This document shows positions 38,166 to 52,599 of a stretch of 64,000 nt of DNA, one piece after another. The stretch covers positions 3,375,567 through 3,439,566 of the forward strand of contig MU053629.1 of NCBI GenBank assembly GCA_013239625.1, in the 5' to 3' direction. The notes below the pieces were generated by a model. The model was given only the letters and a program-made list of their open reading frames with translations, ran no database searches and had not been told where the DNA came from. A program made the position numbers and the translations under genes. Position 1 is the stretch's first letter. Each line of letters begins with the position of its first letter. This DNA comes from Lama guanicoe. Its lineage: Eukaryota.

Positions 38166-38682
38166 AATAAAATATGTATTATGCATACATATATAATATA
38201 TGGATGTATATATACAATGGAATACTATTCAGCCATGAAAAAGAACGAAGTAATGCCATTTGAAGCAACATGGATGGACCTGGAGATCATCATACTAAGT
38301 GAAGTAAGCCAGAAAGAGAAAGACAAATACCATATCCTACTACCTATATGTGGAATCTAAAAAAATGACACAAATGAACATACTTGCAAAACAGAAACAG
38401 ACTCATAGACACATAAAACAAACTTATGGTTACCAAGGGGGAAAAGACTAGGGAAGGATAAACTCGGAGTTTGGTATTTGCAGATACTAACTTCTATATA
38501 GAAAACAGAGAAACAAAAGGTCCTACGTACAGCACAGGGAACTATATTCAATATCTTGCAGTAACCTATAATGAAAAAGAATATCTATGTGTGTGTATAA
38601 CTGAATCACTGTGCTGTACACCAGAGACTAACACAACATTGTAAATCAACTCGACTTCAATTTAAACAATTAAATAAAATAA
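37801..38682 (+). mobile_element. 5'-truncated L1 (ORF2 C-terminus plus 3' UTR), antisense to MEGF11, with TSD
   Basis: Begins with an ORF2 C-terminal (R)[14 protein letters not shown] segment, and MEYYSAMKKNEVMPFEATWMDLEIIILSEVSQKEKDKY is in the track. Has an A-rich tail. TSD aa(c/t)acc(c/t)gcctca(c/t)cc at 37785-37800 and 38683-38698. Confidence 0.93.
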
Positions 38683-38904
38683 AATACCTGCCTCATCCAG
38701 CCAGATCCACCTGCCCTTCTCCCAGCCCAGATCTGCCCACTGCAGTCAGGCCCACCTCCATGTCTTTGCAGATGGGATGCCCTCTCCCACCCACGTTCCA
38801 TCCAGCCCCAGCCCCTACAGAGCCTTCTGAGTGATCGCCGGTCATGGCATCCTCTCCCGCCTGAGCTTGTCTGGTCTCTGTCCAGCCTTCCTCACAAAGA
38901 GAGA

Positions 38905-39135
38905 GGCAGCTTGCCTGAGTGGTTCAGAGCAGATTCTAGAGCCAGACAGCCTGGGTTCAAATCCCAGCACCACCACTTTCTAGTTGTGTGATCTTGGTCA
39001 AATTACTTACATGCTCTGTGACTCAGTCTCCCCATCTGTAAAATGGGAGAAATAGGGTACCTACCTCAGAGGGCTGCTGTAAGGAACTGATGTGCTGATG
39101 AATGGAAGGTGATCAGAATGGTGCCTGGCATGGAG
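38905..39135 (+). mobile_element. MIR SINE, near full length
   Basis: tctagagccagacagcctgggttcaaatcccagc..caccact...ctcagtctccccatctgtaaaatggg. Confidence 0.88.
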
Positions 39136-40742
39136 TGTACCCTGAAGATGATGAGGATAAAGAGGAAGAAGCTGGGAGTGGCAGAGCTGAGATGCAAACC
39201 GAGGCTGGTGTGCCTCCTGCCCCTCACTGCCCTCCCTCCCAGCACCACCATGCACAATGCCCCAGCTCACTGTGGAATCTCTCCTGTGCCCTCCTAGGAA
39301 AAGCTTTCAGACCTGAAAGTGGTTTTCTAGCTTGGCTTGCTGAAGATGGACAGGCCCGTGGCACCAGCTTGGCGGTCAGTCCCTGGCTGTTACATAAGGA
39401 GTAAGTGGGAGGTTATAAGCTGCCCTTCCCAGTCAGCAAAACTGAGCCTGTGTGATCAGGACACTCAGTGCTTCTGCCCTGCTCTTCAGTTTCCAACAGC
39501 TCTACCAACGTCCACTAAATGGAAATTAGAAAGGGGATGGGCTCATCTGTTCCTAGATGCCCATGCTGACGTCCGAACTCCCTTTATAATTTCCCTGAGT
39601 CCATCACTGTGCCCTGAGCTCCAAAGGGCCGCTCACATCCGTCCTGCTCGGGCTTTATGAGTCCCCTGTCCCACCCCATGCCTGACTCTCGCTCCGCTCC
39701 ACACACACAGAGCAGCAGCAGAAAGCTTCAGTCCTGATCTCACTCCTGCACCTGGTCCCCGTCGTAACCCCATCCCAGGTGGGGTGCGGCCAAGGCTTTG
39801 TCCCAGCCCAGTCCTCTGCCCTGCTCCTGAGAAACAGCCTTTTTTGGGTTTGTTTTGGGTAAGTATCTGTATTTTTCCTGCAAAACCAGCACTATTGAAC
39901 CTACTTGGGAGAGCATTTTTCATTCATTCCAGTAATTCAATTAGAATCGAGTTTCTCTAGCATTAGGGGAGATGTAACATCAGTAGGGAAAATTGTCATT
40001 TCATTCCCAACAGCAGTACGTCCACTCTGCCCAAATTCTCTCTCTGGTACAAGCTCGCTCGACCCTCCCGAATGGCAAGGAGAATATTAACAAGGAAACT
40101 CACTCTCCGAATCTGCCTCCAAATGAAGAGGCAGAGGCTCTCAGTCTGGATTCTCCACTCAGTCATTAAACGTGGGGCTCCCAGCTTCTCTGGGAGTGGC
40201 TCCCACTGCACAACCCAGAGGCCTGCCACTGCCAGAAACTCAGCCCTTGTCTCTCTGGGGACACTAAGGCTTCAGTTTTCTGAGCCACTCTAGACAAACA
40301 GGGAAAGAAATAAGGTGTGTCTTTCACATGACCACCTTTTCTTCAGCGTCCCCCCGTCCTTTTTGGAAATCCGCCCACTTCCTGGAACCAGTCCCTTGTG
40401 ATCTTACACTTGCCATCAGTGATGGAGCCTTCCTTGCTTCCTCCCTTCCATCCATTCGTCCATCCATCTATCCAACAATCTTGCCATCCATTTAACCATT
40501 CCACCTTCCTCCCATCCAACAAAGCCTTCCTGAGCTCCTTAGCTCTGTGCCAGGCACTCAGCATCGCTCCCCAGAGCGGAGAAAGTCCACATCTCTCCTG
40601 ATCCCATCAAAGCCTAGAACGGACCTGCTTCCGTCCACCCTCTTAGTAGGCTGATCTGATAGACAAATGTGTGCTAACGTGTTGGCACCAGACTCATCAT
40701 CCCCTCTGAGCTGGCAGCTGGCAAAGACTACTGGAGCCCTCA

Positions 40743-40985
<243 letters not shown>

Positions 40986-41739
40986 TCACTCCTGTTAGAA
41001 TGATATTTGTGTTAAGCTATAGCAAGGATGCCATTCAATAATTACTTTAAAATGCATGGTGGCTTCGAATATAAAAAAAATCACAATAAAGAAAAATCGA
41101 TGGTGAGATCTGAGCCATTGTGATGCCGAATGCATTACTGACGCCTGCTGACTTTCCCCCAGTCTCTTCACAGTGGTATTTAAAAGGGCTGCAGAAAATA
41201 CGTTCCGGGTGACATTGCAGAGGGTAACCAGGGGCTCCTCCTTAAAACCTCCAGGCCCCGGGCTGAAGCAGCCCAAGGGGTGACCTGGGCAGAAGCTGGC
41301 CCTGAAGAGTTTCTACACCAACCACCACCACCCTAAGACTGATCACGGCCCCCTGGGGGTTGGCCCACCCACTGGGAGAACTGAAGGACCAACAAAAGGA
41401 CCCCCTGAGTCTGACTCGGTCCCGGAGAGTGGCTTAATCTCCCTCACACCAAAAATAACACCCCTTAGGGAAGAGCTTCGCACGCCATCCCTGGGAAGGC
41501 TCAGAACTGACACTGGCTTTGCGAAGAAACTAAGGCCCAGACAGTAGGAACTCTGGATGGGGAGTCAGAGACCGGGGTTCCAGCTCTCATGCTGACACAG
41601 GCATTGAGACTTCACCCTGAGCCAGAGAGATTTATAGGCAAAATCTCATTCTATTCTCTACCTGAGTCAGGTAGCTTTATTATGCCCCTTTTATTTCTTT
41701 TTTAAAGTGTTTATTCTTATTGTAGGTATTCCCCTCTCT

Positions 41740-41870
41740 TTGTTTTATGGATGAGAAAACAGATTCAGAGAAGTTAATGACTTTCCTGAGGTCACAGAGC
41801 ACATAAGTTTCAGGGCCAGGATTCAAACCCGTCCCTCTGATTTCAAAGCCACTAGGTTTAATCTACGCCC
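41740..41870 (-). mobile_element. MIR SINE
   Basis: ttttatggatgagaaaacagattcagagaagttaatgactttcctgaggtcacagagc...ggattcaaaccc. Confidence 0.8.
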
Positions 41871-42859
41871 TGTGCCAGTTCCCACAAGGTGGCTTGTTGA
41901 GCTTATGAATGGCCCTGCGGATCCCTCTTTGGGCGACAGAGCAGCAAGGTCTGGTCACTGGAGGTGCCTACAGCCTGCTCTCCACGGAGGGTCAGGCCGA
42001 CTCGGGCAGGGAGTCCTACAGCACAGGCTGGGCCAGCCCTCCCAGTCCTTAAAGCCCTCACTTTATGACAAATGACAGTGAAGGATTCCAGGGAAATCTG
42101 TTATATTTGGGAATGTCGTAAACTAAAGTCATTCTACTTTGTCAAAAGCCCATGATGGAAGGTAAGCCGGCCTCCAAGTGAAGCTACTTCCCTGGCACAG
42201 GCAGGCAGCTCCTGGCAATTTCAGGAGTTGTGTGAGCCTCTCAGATAAAGAATGACTCAGGGTTGACTCAGAGGTCACGCATCCGTGCCTCCTACCAAAC
42301 GAGGCTACCCCCAAGCCCTTCCAGGGGGGCGGCGGTCTCAGCATCACGAAGGCCTCCCAGCAGTGAGGTGTCACCCACTGCTTCCAGTTTTCCCGTCCTT
42401 TCTTGCTCCCAGTGCTGTGGTGGGAAGCAGGAGAGGGAAGGGGCCGGGGCCGGGCTGCTCTCAGAAGGATGCTGTGTTCAAACACGTCATCCCACGCTGT
42501 GGGAGACTGATGGTGCAGCTGTGGGCATGCACATTCCAGGTCATCAGGAAGGCTGCAAGGTGACTCAATAATTTAGTAAAATAGTTCATGTTCCAGGAAT
42601 GCAGCCCATTTTAATAAGCAGCCTCTCACTCACCCTTTCCCGGTGGTGATGGACGGCAGCTCCAGCCTACAAGCCCCCAACAAGGCCACTCCTCACAGCA
42701 AGCCTGGCTCTGGCACAGGGCCTGATAGAGTCATCAAGGGAGCAGGATTCTCTGTCTGCCTCTGCCTTTGACCAGGGCCACAGGCAGCTAACTTGGCACG
42801 GTGGGGGGATTTGGTCCCACTTCCTCATTTCACAATCACAGGCTAGAGGAAGGGGATGC

Positions 42860-43530
42860 AGTAATGGATGAGGAGCTCCTATTGTACCAACGCCCCTGCA
42901 AACAACTGTACACTCTCAGGGGAGAACTACCTGAAAAGCCCTAATGAGAGAACAAAGGCAGATGCTGGAGGGAAGGAGGAACTTGGAAGAAGGGCAATGA
43001 CACTGGGCAAGGTGAGCCCAAGGGCAGGCCCCGGTCAACGATATTCCAGGTGGCTGAAATTCAAACAGAGGACACACAGCCTTACTGTTTTGAGGAACCA
43101 CAGGATAAGTCAAAGGTGGAGCCAGCCACCAGAAAGTGACAAGGGAAACCCTTGAAAGGAGACAGCCCCAAAATTTTTTGTAAAACCTCTGCCCGAACTT
43201 CTGGCCCCTGAATTACATGTGTGGAGGGCAGGTTCCAGGCAGTCCAGCAAAGGCTAAAAAATACCAAACTTTCAGAGTTTGGAAACTGAGTTCAGCCAAG
43301 TTAACTGGCTCCTAAAACAAACAAACAACAACAACAAATCCGGAGGAACATAAGAGAATTCAGTCTCCACAGTCTGTTGTTGATAATGCCCAGAATACAA
43401 TCCAAAATTACTAGACACATAAAGAAACCAGAAAATAGTACCTAAGGGAAAAGGCAATCAATGAAGACCAACCCTGAGATGACCCAGATGTTGCAATTAG
43501 CAGACGGATTTTAAAGCAGCTGTTATCTCT
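42860..43530 (+). mobile_element. Old L1M 5'/ORF1-proximal fragment
   Basis: aatccaaaattactagacacataaagaaccagaaaa...aaaaggcaatcaatgaagaccaaccctgagatgacccagatgttgcaattagcagac.gattttaaagcagct. Confidence 0.7.
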
Positions 43531-44184
43531 GTGAGTCTCACAGCAAGTTACTAGCAAAACCCCAAAGAAATCCAGGACTTCGGCTTTTTCAGCATACTGC
43601 AAGTTTCGCCATCCACATTGCTGCCCACTGTGATGTTTGCATAAACCCCGAAGAGAGAGCAGGCCCACAAGGAGGAGGCAAAACAAATCTGGAAGCAACA
43701 CAGATGCTCAGCAACTAGGAAACAGGCCTACCTGGCGGTCTCTCCTTCACTTATCCTTCATCAGCTAAAATTTCACTCCTCAGATAACAAAGCCACCTTG
43801 CCTATATCTAATACCTGGCTTTTCTCCACTTTCCTGTGCTCTTTTCAAAGTTTCTGCACATCCCTGACCTCACTGGGCCCTGTGGGAAGGTAGGGCGGGG
43901 ATCATTGTATGTCTGATGAGTATGCTAGGAATCGCCTCCAAATAAAGTGACTTGCCCAGGGTTGTCCAACAAACCATGTTCTCTCTCCCTGCCCCTCCTC
44001 TCTCCCCGATGCCATGAGGACCTGGCATGATTTCCAGAAGGGCTGCAGACAATGGAGCAGGATTTCCATATGCAGTTGCTCAGATGGACCGCCAGGGCTG
44101 GGTGCCGAGAGGTGCTGAATTCTAGCCTGCACCCTGTTCTCCAAGTCGGGTACCCTGCATGGGGCTACATCTGCTCAGATGATG

Positions 44185-44610
44185 GCCCTCTGAGGTCGGA
44201 TTTCTCCCGAAGCAGACTCGGAGACAAGGATTCAAAAATCAGCAGTGTATTGGAGGTGATTCTAGGAAGCACTGGGAAGGGAGTGGGAAAATGAGACAGG
44301 GAAGTAAAGGCAGCCAGTTCAGGGTGTGCCTTTGAGCAGGCTACTGCTGTGGGCGACTGGGGTTCCGTCCCACTGGGGACCATGGGGATACATGCAGAAC
44401 CTACCTCAAAGTTGTCCTCTCTACCCTAAGGGTAAGGAAGCTGAGGTGTTTGTCCACAACTCCCCATGTGACATTGGGTGAGGGGTGTCCTGCGAGGGCA
44501 GGAATTCTTGGCACTTTTGGCCTGCCCTGCCCCAGTGAGCTGCTCTGCCTACGAGGAAGTCCTCAGCGGAGCCTCTCAGGTGAGGAGCAAGAGTGGGTAC
44601 GGAGGGGATG
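44185..44610. mobile_element. Old ERVL-type LTR (LTR16-like)
   Basis: gaagcagactcggagacaaggattc...tattggaggtgattctaggaagcac..ggaagggagtgggaaaatgagacagggaag. Confidence 0.65.
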
Positions 44611-44723
44611 CAGGCTGTGCACTGACTCCATCTGCTACGGCGGCCTTTTACTAACTTGCAGGAAGACGAGCCTGTGGGCCCGTCTCTCCCCCCGCCCCCG
44701 CCCACCTTGGAGAGTGGTACTCA

Positions 44724-45047
<324 letters not shown>

Positions 45048-45164
45048 TTAGTTCATTTGTTCATTTAACAGAGAATCAATACAGGAGGGCTTGCGTTTAT
45101 TCTGTGGGGCTCTGGAAGGCAAAAGCCAGCAAGTTTTAAAATACCTTATGTTTGTTCAGATCTT

Positions 45165-45445
45165 TATGGTTTTCAAAGCACCTGCATGGAAGCTGATCTT
45201 TGCAGCAACTCTGTGAAGTAAGTGGTCCCATTTCACAGATGAAGAATCTAAGACTTGGCGGCAAGTTGCCCAGGTCATCCAGCTTATACCAATAACTGCT
45301 AATACTTGAATGCCTTGTGTTAAGTGCCCTCTTAATCCTCATGCAGTTTGGTAAGGTAGGTGGTGGCATTGTTAGCCTCATTTTACAGGTGAGGGAACTG
45401 AGCATCAGAGAGGTTAAGTGACTTCCCCGAGGTCACCCAGCTATC
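45165..45445 (-). mobile_element. Two adjacent MIR fragments
   Basis: Two reverse-oriented MIR cores: cccatttcacagatgaagaa near 45226 and ctcattttacaggtgagggaactgag...agaggttaagtgactt near 45377. Confidence 0.75.
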
Positions 45446-48400
45446 TTCTGCTCTATTGTATCTCTAGCATAGCTGGGGGTTCATCGAGGATGTGCCCCCG
45501 GACCTCCTGATCGAAGTGGTATCTTGTCACCTGCCTGCTCGCTGTGAACCTGGACCAGTGGGTAGAAGCCCCAGGGAAGCAGGTCTCATCCTCAGCAAGA
45601 TAAGCCTTTCCACCTGCCTGTCTCGGCAGGAGTTGCATGAAAGGGCAGTCAAGCCAGGGTGTAAAGGAAGGACTCACACTTCTCGCACGGGTTGGGAGAG
45701 GACCTCAGCTGAGATTTCAGGAATTCATTTTTCTGTCGGTTGGTATTATTCAGTGTTTTCCCCCAGAAGGCTCACTGACCTGGGCCAGATGGCCAGGTTC
45801 GGGCTACAAAAACCCGTCTGCTTTGCCCGAGGAAACTGTCAGTTTACTTGCAGGGGGGCTGGCCTGCACTGAGTGGGTCCCCAGCAGGCTCTCTGCTGCC
45901 TGAAATGTCAAAGGTCTCGAATTCAGAAAGAGGAAGCCAGGAGCAGGCAGCAACGCAATGGACTCAGGGTGGAGGGACATTCTGTTTCTCCAAAGCACGG
46001 AGGATGTACGGAGGGTCCTTGCTGAGCCTCTACCGGCCACACATCAGAGACATGCGTCAGAGGAACACGTCTCTGCAGACATGGCCCAAACCCCTGTTTA
46101 ATCGCCAGGCTTGGAGAAGATGAAGCTGCTTGACACCCGCCCCTGGCTTCCAAAGTCCCTTCCAACTCTGAAGATCCGTGCCCCAGTACTCCTGCTTGTC
46201 TACTGAGTCCCTCACTTAGAGGAATGAGAATGAACGGCTAAGAGTCCACGGCCCTGGGTCAAGTTCGTACCCTGGCCCTTGTTAGCAGCAAGTCCTTAGA
46301 TACGGCACTAGGTATAAGCCTCATTTCCTCACCTGTACGCCTTGGATAAATATTACCAGGGACTTCATGTACTTACTGTGAGGATTAAGGGGGGCAAATG
46401 TAGTAACTACCTCTCAGGGTGGGGGGCAGTTAAAGCAAGATAACACATAAGATGCTCAACACAAGATAATACATGTGAAATGCTTAGCAGGTATGCAGCC
46501 AGAGTCTAATGGATGCTGGCCACCATCATTATACGACTGGCGGTGCCTCACCTCCTTGCTAGGCACTGAGGGGTAGTTCCTTCCTGACCACTGTGGGGGA
46601 CGGGGAGCAAGACCCACACACAGACCAGACTCCTCGCCTTTGTTAATTAAGCCCCTGGGGGTTCAGGCACCCCTCCCGGCACTGACGGGGGACAGTGGGT
46701 GCTCAGAGAAAAGGCATCAGCCCAGCAGAGGCGGTGGGGAGGGTGTCATGGGGGACTGATCTGTTTCTGCAGGGGTGCCCTGAGCGGGGCGAGTCTGGCA
46801 ACCAGACCTTGAACCAAGTCCAAGTCTCTGGGTGAAGTGTGCGCCTCTGGTTTCACGGCTGGGTGGTTTAACGCGCTCATTTGCCAACATGCTAATGAGG
46901 GGCCAGACTAATCTTGTAGAGCCGGGCTTTACTAGCCAGGGGAGGCCTTTCCGCTGGGCTTTATGGTGGAGGGGCGTAATTAACGGGGAGCCTGCCAGAA
47001 GCACTAATCCAGCTGGGAAATTCCCCCCAAGCGGTCTCCCGGGACCAGGGTGTGTTTCGGGAATGACACAGATGAGACTCATCCACGTGTAGCTGGCAGT
47101 AGGGCTCCGCTGGAAGAACCAAGAAGGCAGAGGCACCTAGTGACGTGGGGACTGGGGAAGCCCAGGGGGTCCGCAGGCCTCCTTCCTGCTGCTAGACTCA
47201 CTCCACGTCCTCCCGTTCAAGCAGTATCTTCAGTTGACAGCCCAGTCAGCCTGCAATGCCGGCTCAGTGCAGGTTTGGTTCAGACTATTTTCCAGACGTA
47301 TTTATGTCGGGCAGGTTTAAAAAATGAGAGAGTTTGGTTTAAGTCTGAAGGGAGCCACTGGTGCAAATGGCACTTGGAGAAGAGAAACGTCAGGGTGAGC
47401 CCTGCCATCAGGGAAGGCTTCCTGGAGGAGAGGGGCTTGGTTGGAGGCACTGGGAAAGGCATAGGTGAGCAGACAGGAAGGAGGCATTTCGGGAGCAGGA
47501 AGCACAGACATTGGCAGGAAGCAGCTGTGTCCCAATCGGGAAAGGTGGACGAGAAGGGGTTGCTGAGACTGGAGTCTGCAAACCAGAGACCAACGTGGAA
47601 TTCCACCTCACCCACTGGGAAATAAAGGTTTACATTCACCAAAACCAGAGGAGGCAAGGGGCCTGGTTCAGCTCACAATCACGTGGAAAGCATAAAAATA
47701 CTGCATGTTCCAAGGCTCCAACCCAGACCTATGGAATCAGAGTCTGCGGAGAGGATCCAGGAGATTCTGATTTTCATCCACGCTCCAGGGAGCGTGATGC
47801 GCATTAAAGTCTATGACAGATAACTGTTCCTGCAAAGCCAGAGTTGTCAACAATAATTGCGCTTTATGATCTTCAAAGCCCTTTCATGAAACTGGTACCC
47901 TGCTCATTCAACAAGGCTGTGAGGCAGGGGTAATGACTCCCCCAACTTTACATAGAGAGGTGGAAGTAGGCTCAGAGACACCTCCAAAGTCATAGGGCTA
48001 ACAGGTGGAAAAACTCAAACTGGAGTGAACCGAGGTCTTCTTGTCACAGATCTTGTGTTCTTCCCACTTCACCAACAAAGGGGCACGCCAGTGGCAATGC
48101 TGCCTTCTCCAGCCCCCAGTCACTGGAGACCACGCCCGTGCGGGCACTGTCCCCCTGCCTCCCCAGCCAGTCCGTCCAGCACCCTCACAGGCATGGAGCA
48201 CAGCCCTCCCCACTCACCTGCCCTCCTCTACCAGCCGCTTCCTCCATCAGGCCCTCATCTTAATTTTATTCATTTGATTTATTAACATCTAAGTGGCAGA
48301 GTCATCCTGGTCAGCATGGCCAATCAATTCCAGGCTTTAATTCGGTTTTTCCTGATTGGGTCTCTGGTCACTATCTTCCTGCTCACCAAAATCAATACTT

Positions 48401-49028
48401 TCACCTTGTGCTTCAAAGTCAGGCCATCTGCAGGGCCCCGGCCTGTTCCCCCTGGGCCGAGTGCCGCAGCCAGAATGCAGCTGGCTCTTCTGAGGCACCT
48501 CCCCCACCCCCACCAGATCAGAAGCAGCAGGGCCTCCTCACCTACCCTCCTTGGGCAGGCTGCTGGCCACCCCCCACATCTGAGCTGCTGCTTCATTGCC
48601 AGTCCTGGGAGACCAGGAAGGCACCGCCGCATCAGGAAACAAGACATCCGGACCGCAGCCCCTCACTGTACCCCACCTGTCTGCCTGTGGACGGGCACGG
48701 AGCCCCTCTGGGCCTCTACTTCCTCATCTGTAAAATGGTTGGGAAGTGTGAATGCAGAGAGGAATGGAAGTACATTGTCAATTACCAGACTGCATCATTT
48801 ACGCTGCCTGTCACTCAACGCCCCCACCCTGGCCCCCAAAGCACTGAGTCTCAGGTGGGATCTAGACGGCTTCGGCCCACCTTTCAGAGTCTGTGCTGTG
48901 TCCCCACCTGGACTGCAGGCCCTTGGGGACACTTTCTGTACCTCCTGCCTCTGCTTTTGTCCCAGCAGTGCCGAGCCCAGGGTGAGGCCCCCCTGGGGGG
49001 TGCTTGGCCATTCAAGAGCCACATCTTA

Positions 49029-49235
<207 letters not shown>

Positions 49236-49384
49236 CTAAGCAGACTAACTTTCCCATCATCACCGTGTAACGAGCATTTGATATTTCACAGTTGCAGGCT
49301 TTGATGACCACAGTAACACTTCACCAGTTCTGAGTAACTGGGGAGTGGGTAGCCTGAGTCAGGGAAACTTTGAAACTTCAGGCC

Positions 49385-49540
49385 AGGACTTCTGAAAGTT
49401 TCTTGGACTGCTTTGAGAATCTAACGAAAGTGACAGATCTTCTCCCCCGAAAAACGCCCACATGAACAACCTTTGGCTGTGATTTCAGGGCGCCCTCGGG
49501 CCCGAGCCCATCCTTGGATCAAGAGCCCAGGATCTACCAC
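49385..49540. mobile_element. hAT-Charlie MITE remnant
   Basis: tttgagaatctaacgaaag...tctcccccgaaaacgcccaca...gatttcaggg resembles MER-type Charlie derivatives. Subfamily uncertain. Confidence 0.45.
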
Positions 49541-52500
49541 TTTAAACTCCTTCTCCCTCATCTTTGATGTGCTTTGCCCCTTCATTTCTTCTCTCTACTC
49601 CTTCCTGCCATGAAGACAGAGAAGAAAAGTGTCTGGTGTGGCCCCATGGACGCCTAAGCTGAGAAAACTCTTCTTGGCACCCCAGAAGGCTGGCCCTTGC
49701 TTCTCTTGCTCCCATGGGGTACCAGCCACTGACACCCAGGGTGATGCATCTCCGCGTGTCATACCCATTGTGAGGTGGAGGGCTTGGACAGCCTGGCAAG
49801 GCTTCGATGAAGCAGCTTGTAGCGTTTGTCCCAGGCTTCTGATGTGACAGCCATTAAGTGGACTTTCACAGATGCCAACGCCCTTGGTCCCTTAAACTGA
49901 GGACTCCCCAACGAAGGGTTCCTCATACAGGCAGAGAGCCATTCAGGTGGGAGCAGCCGAAATGTCCCCCGAGGCTCCTTTTGGTCCAGGACTCAGTGGT
50001 CCCATAGAGCCTTAGAGAACTGCCCAAGGGTTCCCACCTGGTGGGGTGTAGGGAGCCCCAGAGCCACCCTCAGGGGAACTGCAATTCACATGTACCCAAA
50101 CCTCAGCTGCAGACTGAACGAACACGATGGCTTAGAGAGACAGCACTATTTTTCACGTATACATAGATGCTATCGTGATTTGCTTAAAAGCTTTACTGAA
50201 TTCAGAGGAGCTTTTATTCTCAATCAGCCACACTTGGGGAAAAAAAAGCAATTTCTAATACCTGGGGGGTGGGGATGGGGGATGGCATAGAAAGTGTTTG
50301 ACACCAGAAAGGGGTCCCCAGGCTTGAAATGGTTGAGGATTTCGAGTCCATTGGCCCGGAGTTTATAGCCAAGGAAGCACACCCTTCTTGGGGACACAGA
50401 AGAGTGGCATGGATGTTGTACACACCCCCGTTTGTACCCAGAGGGAAGCTAAATGGAGCTCCTGCCTTCGTGAAAGGTTAAACTCTCTCCTCCCCACCCC
50501 CAGTAATTTCCTTGTTAAACTCTTTCTTAGCAGCGCCTTCAACGATAAACAAATTGCCACAAATTCTGTGTAACCATGGGGGTCCAACTGATGATTAATG
50601 AGGTTTTTCTCTCTGTTTGAGATCTGGAAATAATCTGGCTAAATGGAATCTGAAAATCTGTTAAGAAAGAGAAAAAGCGATTCTGGTGTTTCTGCTCAAT
50701 TTGCAGAGTCCAGGCGTAACAAGTTACAGCTGCTCCTAACTCCCCCACCAGGCTCTCCCAACCCAGCTGCCACTTCCCCACCTCCCTCACTCCCTACCCC
50801 GGCCGGCCTCGAAGCCCAGTCAGCACCTGGACCAGAGGCGCATCGCACACTGGAGTCCACATAGCGCTAGGGCTACAGGTCATTTCAACGTATTCTCCCC
50901 AAAGAGGAGGAGCGGTGTTCACCCTCCGGAGGAGGAAGAGCCTGCCCAGGACAGGGCATGAGTTGGGGTTTGAGCATCTTCTTCTAGGTGTGGGCTGGGC
51001 TGCTCAGGCATCAGATAAATCAAAGAAATTAACAAAGGCGCACATACTCGGAAAGGCACAGAGTCTGAATGCCGAGGGCAGAGAATGCCCCGTCTTGGTT
51101 CTCTCCGTGGTCCTGTCTCACTTTGGCGGCTCCTGTCAACTCCATCATCCTCCGGAGGGGACCCGCTGGCCGCATCTTCAAACTTACGAAGCTTCTACTA
51201 TCAAAGGGTGAGGCCACCTGGACCAGAGGAGATTGTGCCTCTGGCCTCTTTTGATTCATAGTGACAGAAGCGGGTGGCAGGCAGAGGTAACCAGGATCAT
51301 TGCTATAAGTTGGATGATCTGTTTCGATCTTCATAAAAACCTTTCTGAGTCAGATCTGGACAAACAGTTTAGCTGATTCCCACTGGGCAGTGAGATACCT
51401 GGACCCCAGGGACACAGAGAGGCTAATAGGTGTTTGGGTAAGCACACAGGAGATGGAAATGGATGCAGGAGCCCAGGACACGGCCAGTAAAGGTGGCAGT
51501 AAATCTGAGGCCTCACTCCTCCATTACTGCGACTGTGTTAAGGCTACAGAGCAGAGGGGCTCCCCAGGACTCACACCCAAGCCCCATCGCCAGCATTCTC
51601 AGAGTTCCCTGTCTGAGGACCACTCTATACGTCGTGGTAGGGGGAGAAGATTTCTAGCCTGAGTGAAAGAGGTGACGCCTCTGAGACCCTCTCAGCTCTC
51701 GGACTTTTCCTGTGAATGTGGCCAGTCTAAAAATCGCGACCTTATCACCCATCCGTCTCTTCCTGGGTCAGGCTGGTGGGGTCTCCTGCTCTCTCATGGC
51801 CGGGCCTTGATCACGCTGCTCCCCCGCTCTCAATGCCCTTCTTCCTCAACTCCGCACATCTAAACACCATCCACGGCAGGTCCAGCTCAGCCCCAGCCCC
51901 CGTCCCAACCCTGCGGAGCTTGGTGCCCACTACAGGCCAGACACACTACACTCCCGTAGCTTACAGCCCGGCCACACGGTCCAGCACCCATCACCTCCCA
52001 TCTTGCCCTGACATCTTTCCCAGCGTGCTGACTTGATTCTTCTGATGTGTCTGTAAGTGCCTTGAAGCTGGGGTCAAGTCCTAGGCTGTTACCAGTCAGT
52101 TCCTTTCGGGACCTGATTTTAGAAAATGTGTTTCTCCTTGTCTCAGACACTTCACTGACATGGAGTGAAGAGCAGCCAGAAAGAGGCCGTTCGCACACGG
52201 GGGCCACTCATCGCCATTAACTGTAATGGGGCTTCCCCGGGCTCGCTCTCCGAGGACGGATCCCAGAGACACATGCTGATGAGATGACTGAGGGAAAATC
52301 AATCCCACCGCAGCGGTTATTAGGCCGACTGCACTCGGAGTGACAGAGGTTAACATAGCGGGCACCTTCTGATTTAGAGCATTAATAATTAAACAAGAAA
52401 ATGCCCCCGGTTTCACTTGGGAGGAAGAGAACATGTAAGCAGTTCAGCTGGTTCCCTCCGGTCTTGTCCATGCTTCCCGCACAGTGAGGAGCAGAGGAAG

Positions 52501-52599
52501 GGAGCGCGATGCTCCAGACATGGAGAAATTTCTTTCCACATCCCAAGTTTCCAAGTTCAACACATTTCCAGGTTCTTTCCACGTTTCCAAGTTCCACAG

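Noticed and set aside
38097..38360. 87-aa ORF with L1 ORF2 C-terminal similarity as a functional gene
   Set aside because: It is part of a 5'-truncated L1 interrupted by a (TG)/(TA) microsatellite, so it is a non-functional remnant.
52530..52598. CRISPR-like or functional tandem array
   Set aside because: Only a few short degenerate tttcca/gttcca units without unique spacers, in a eukaryotic context.
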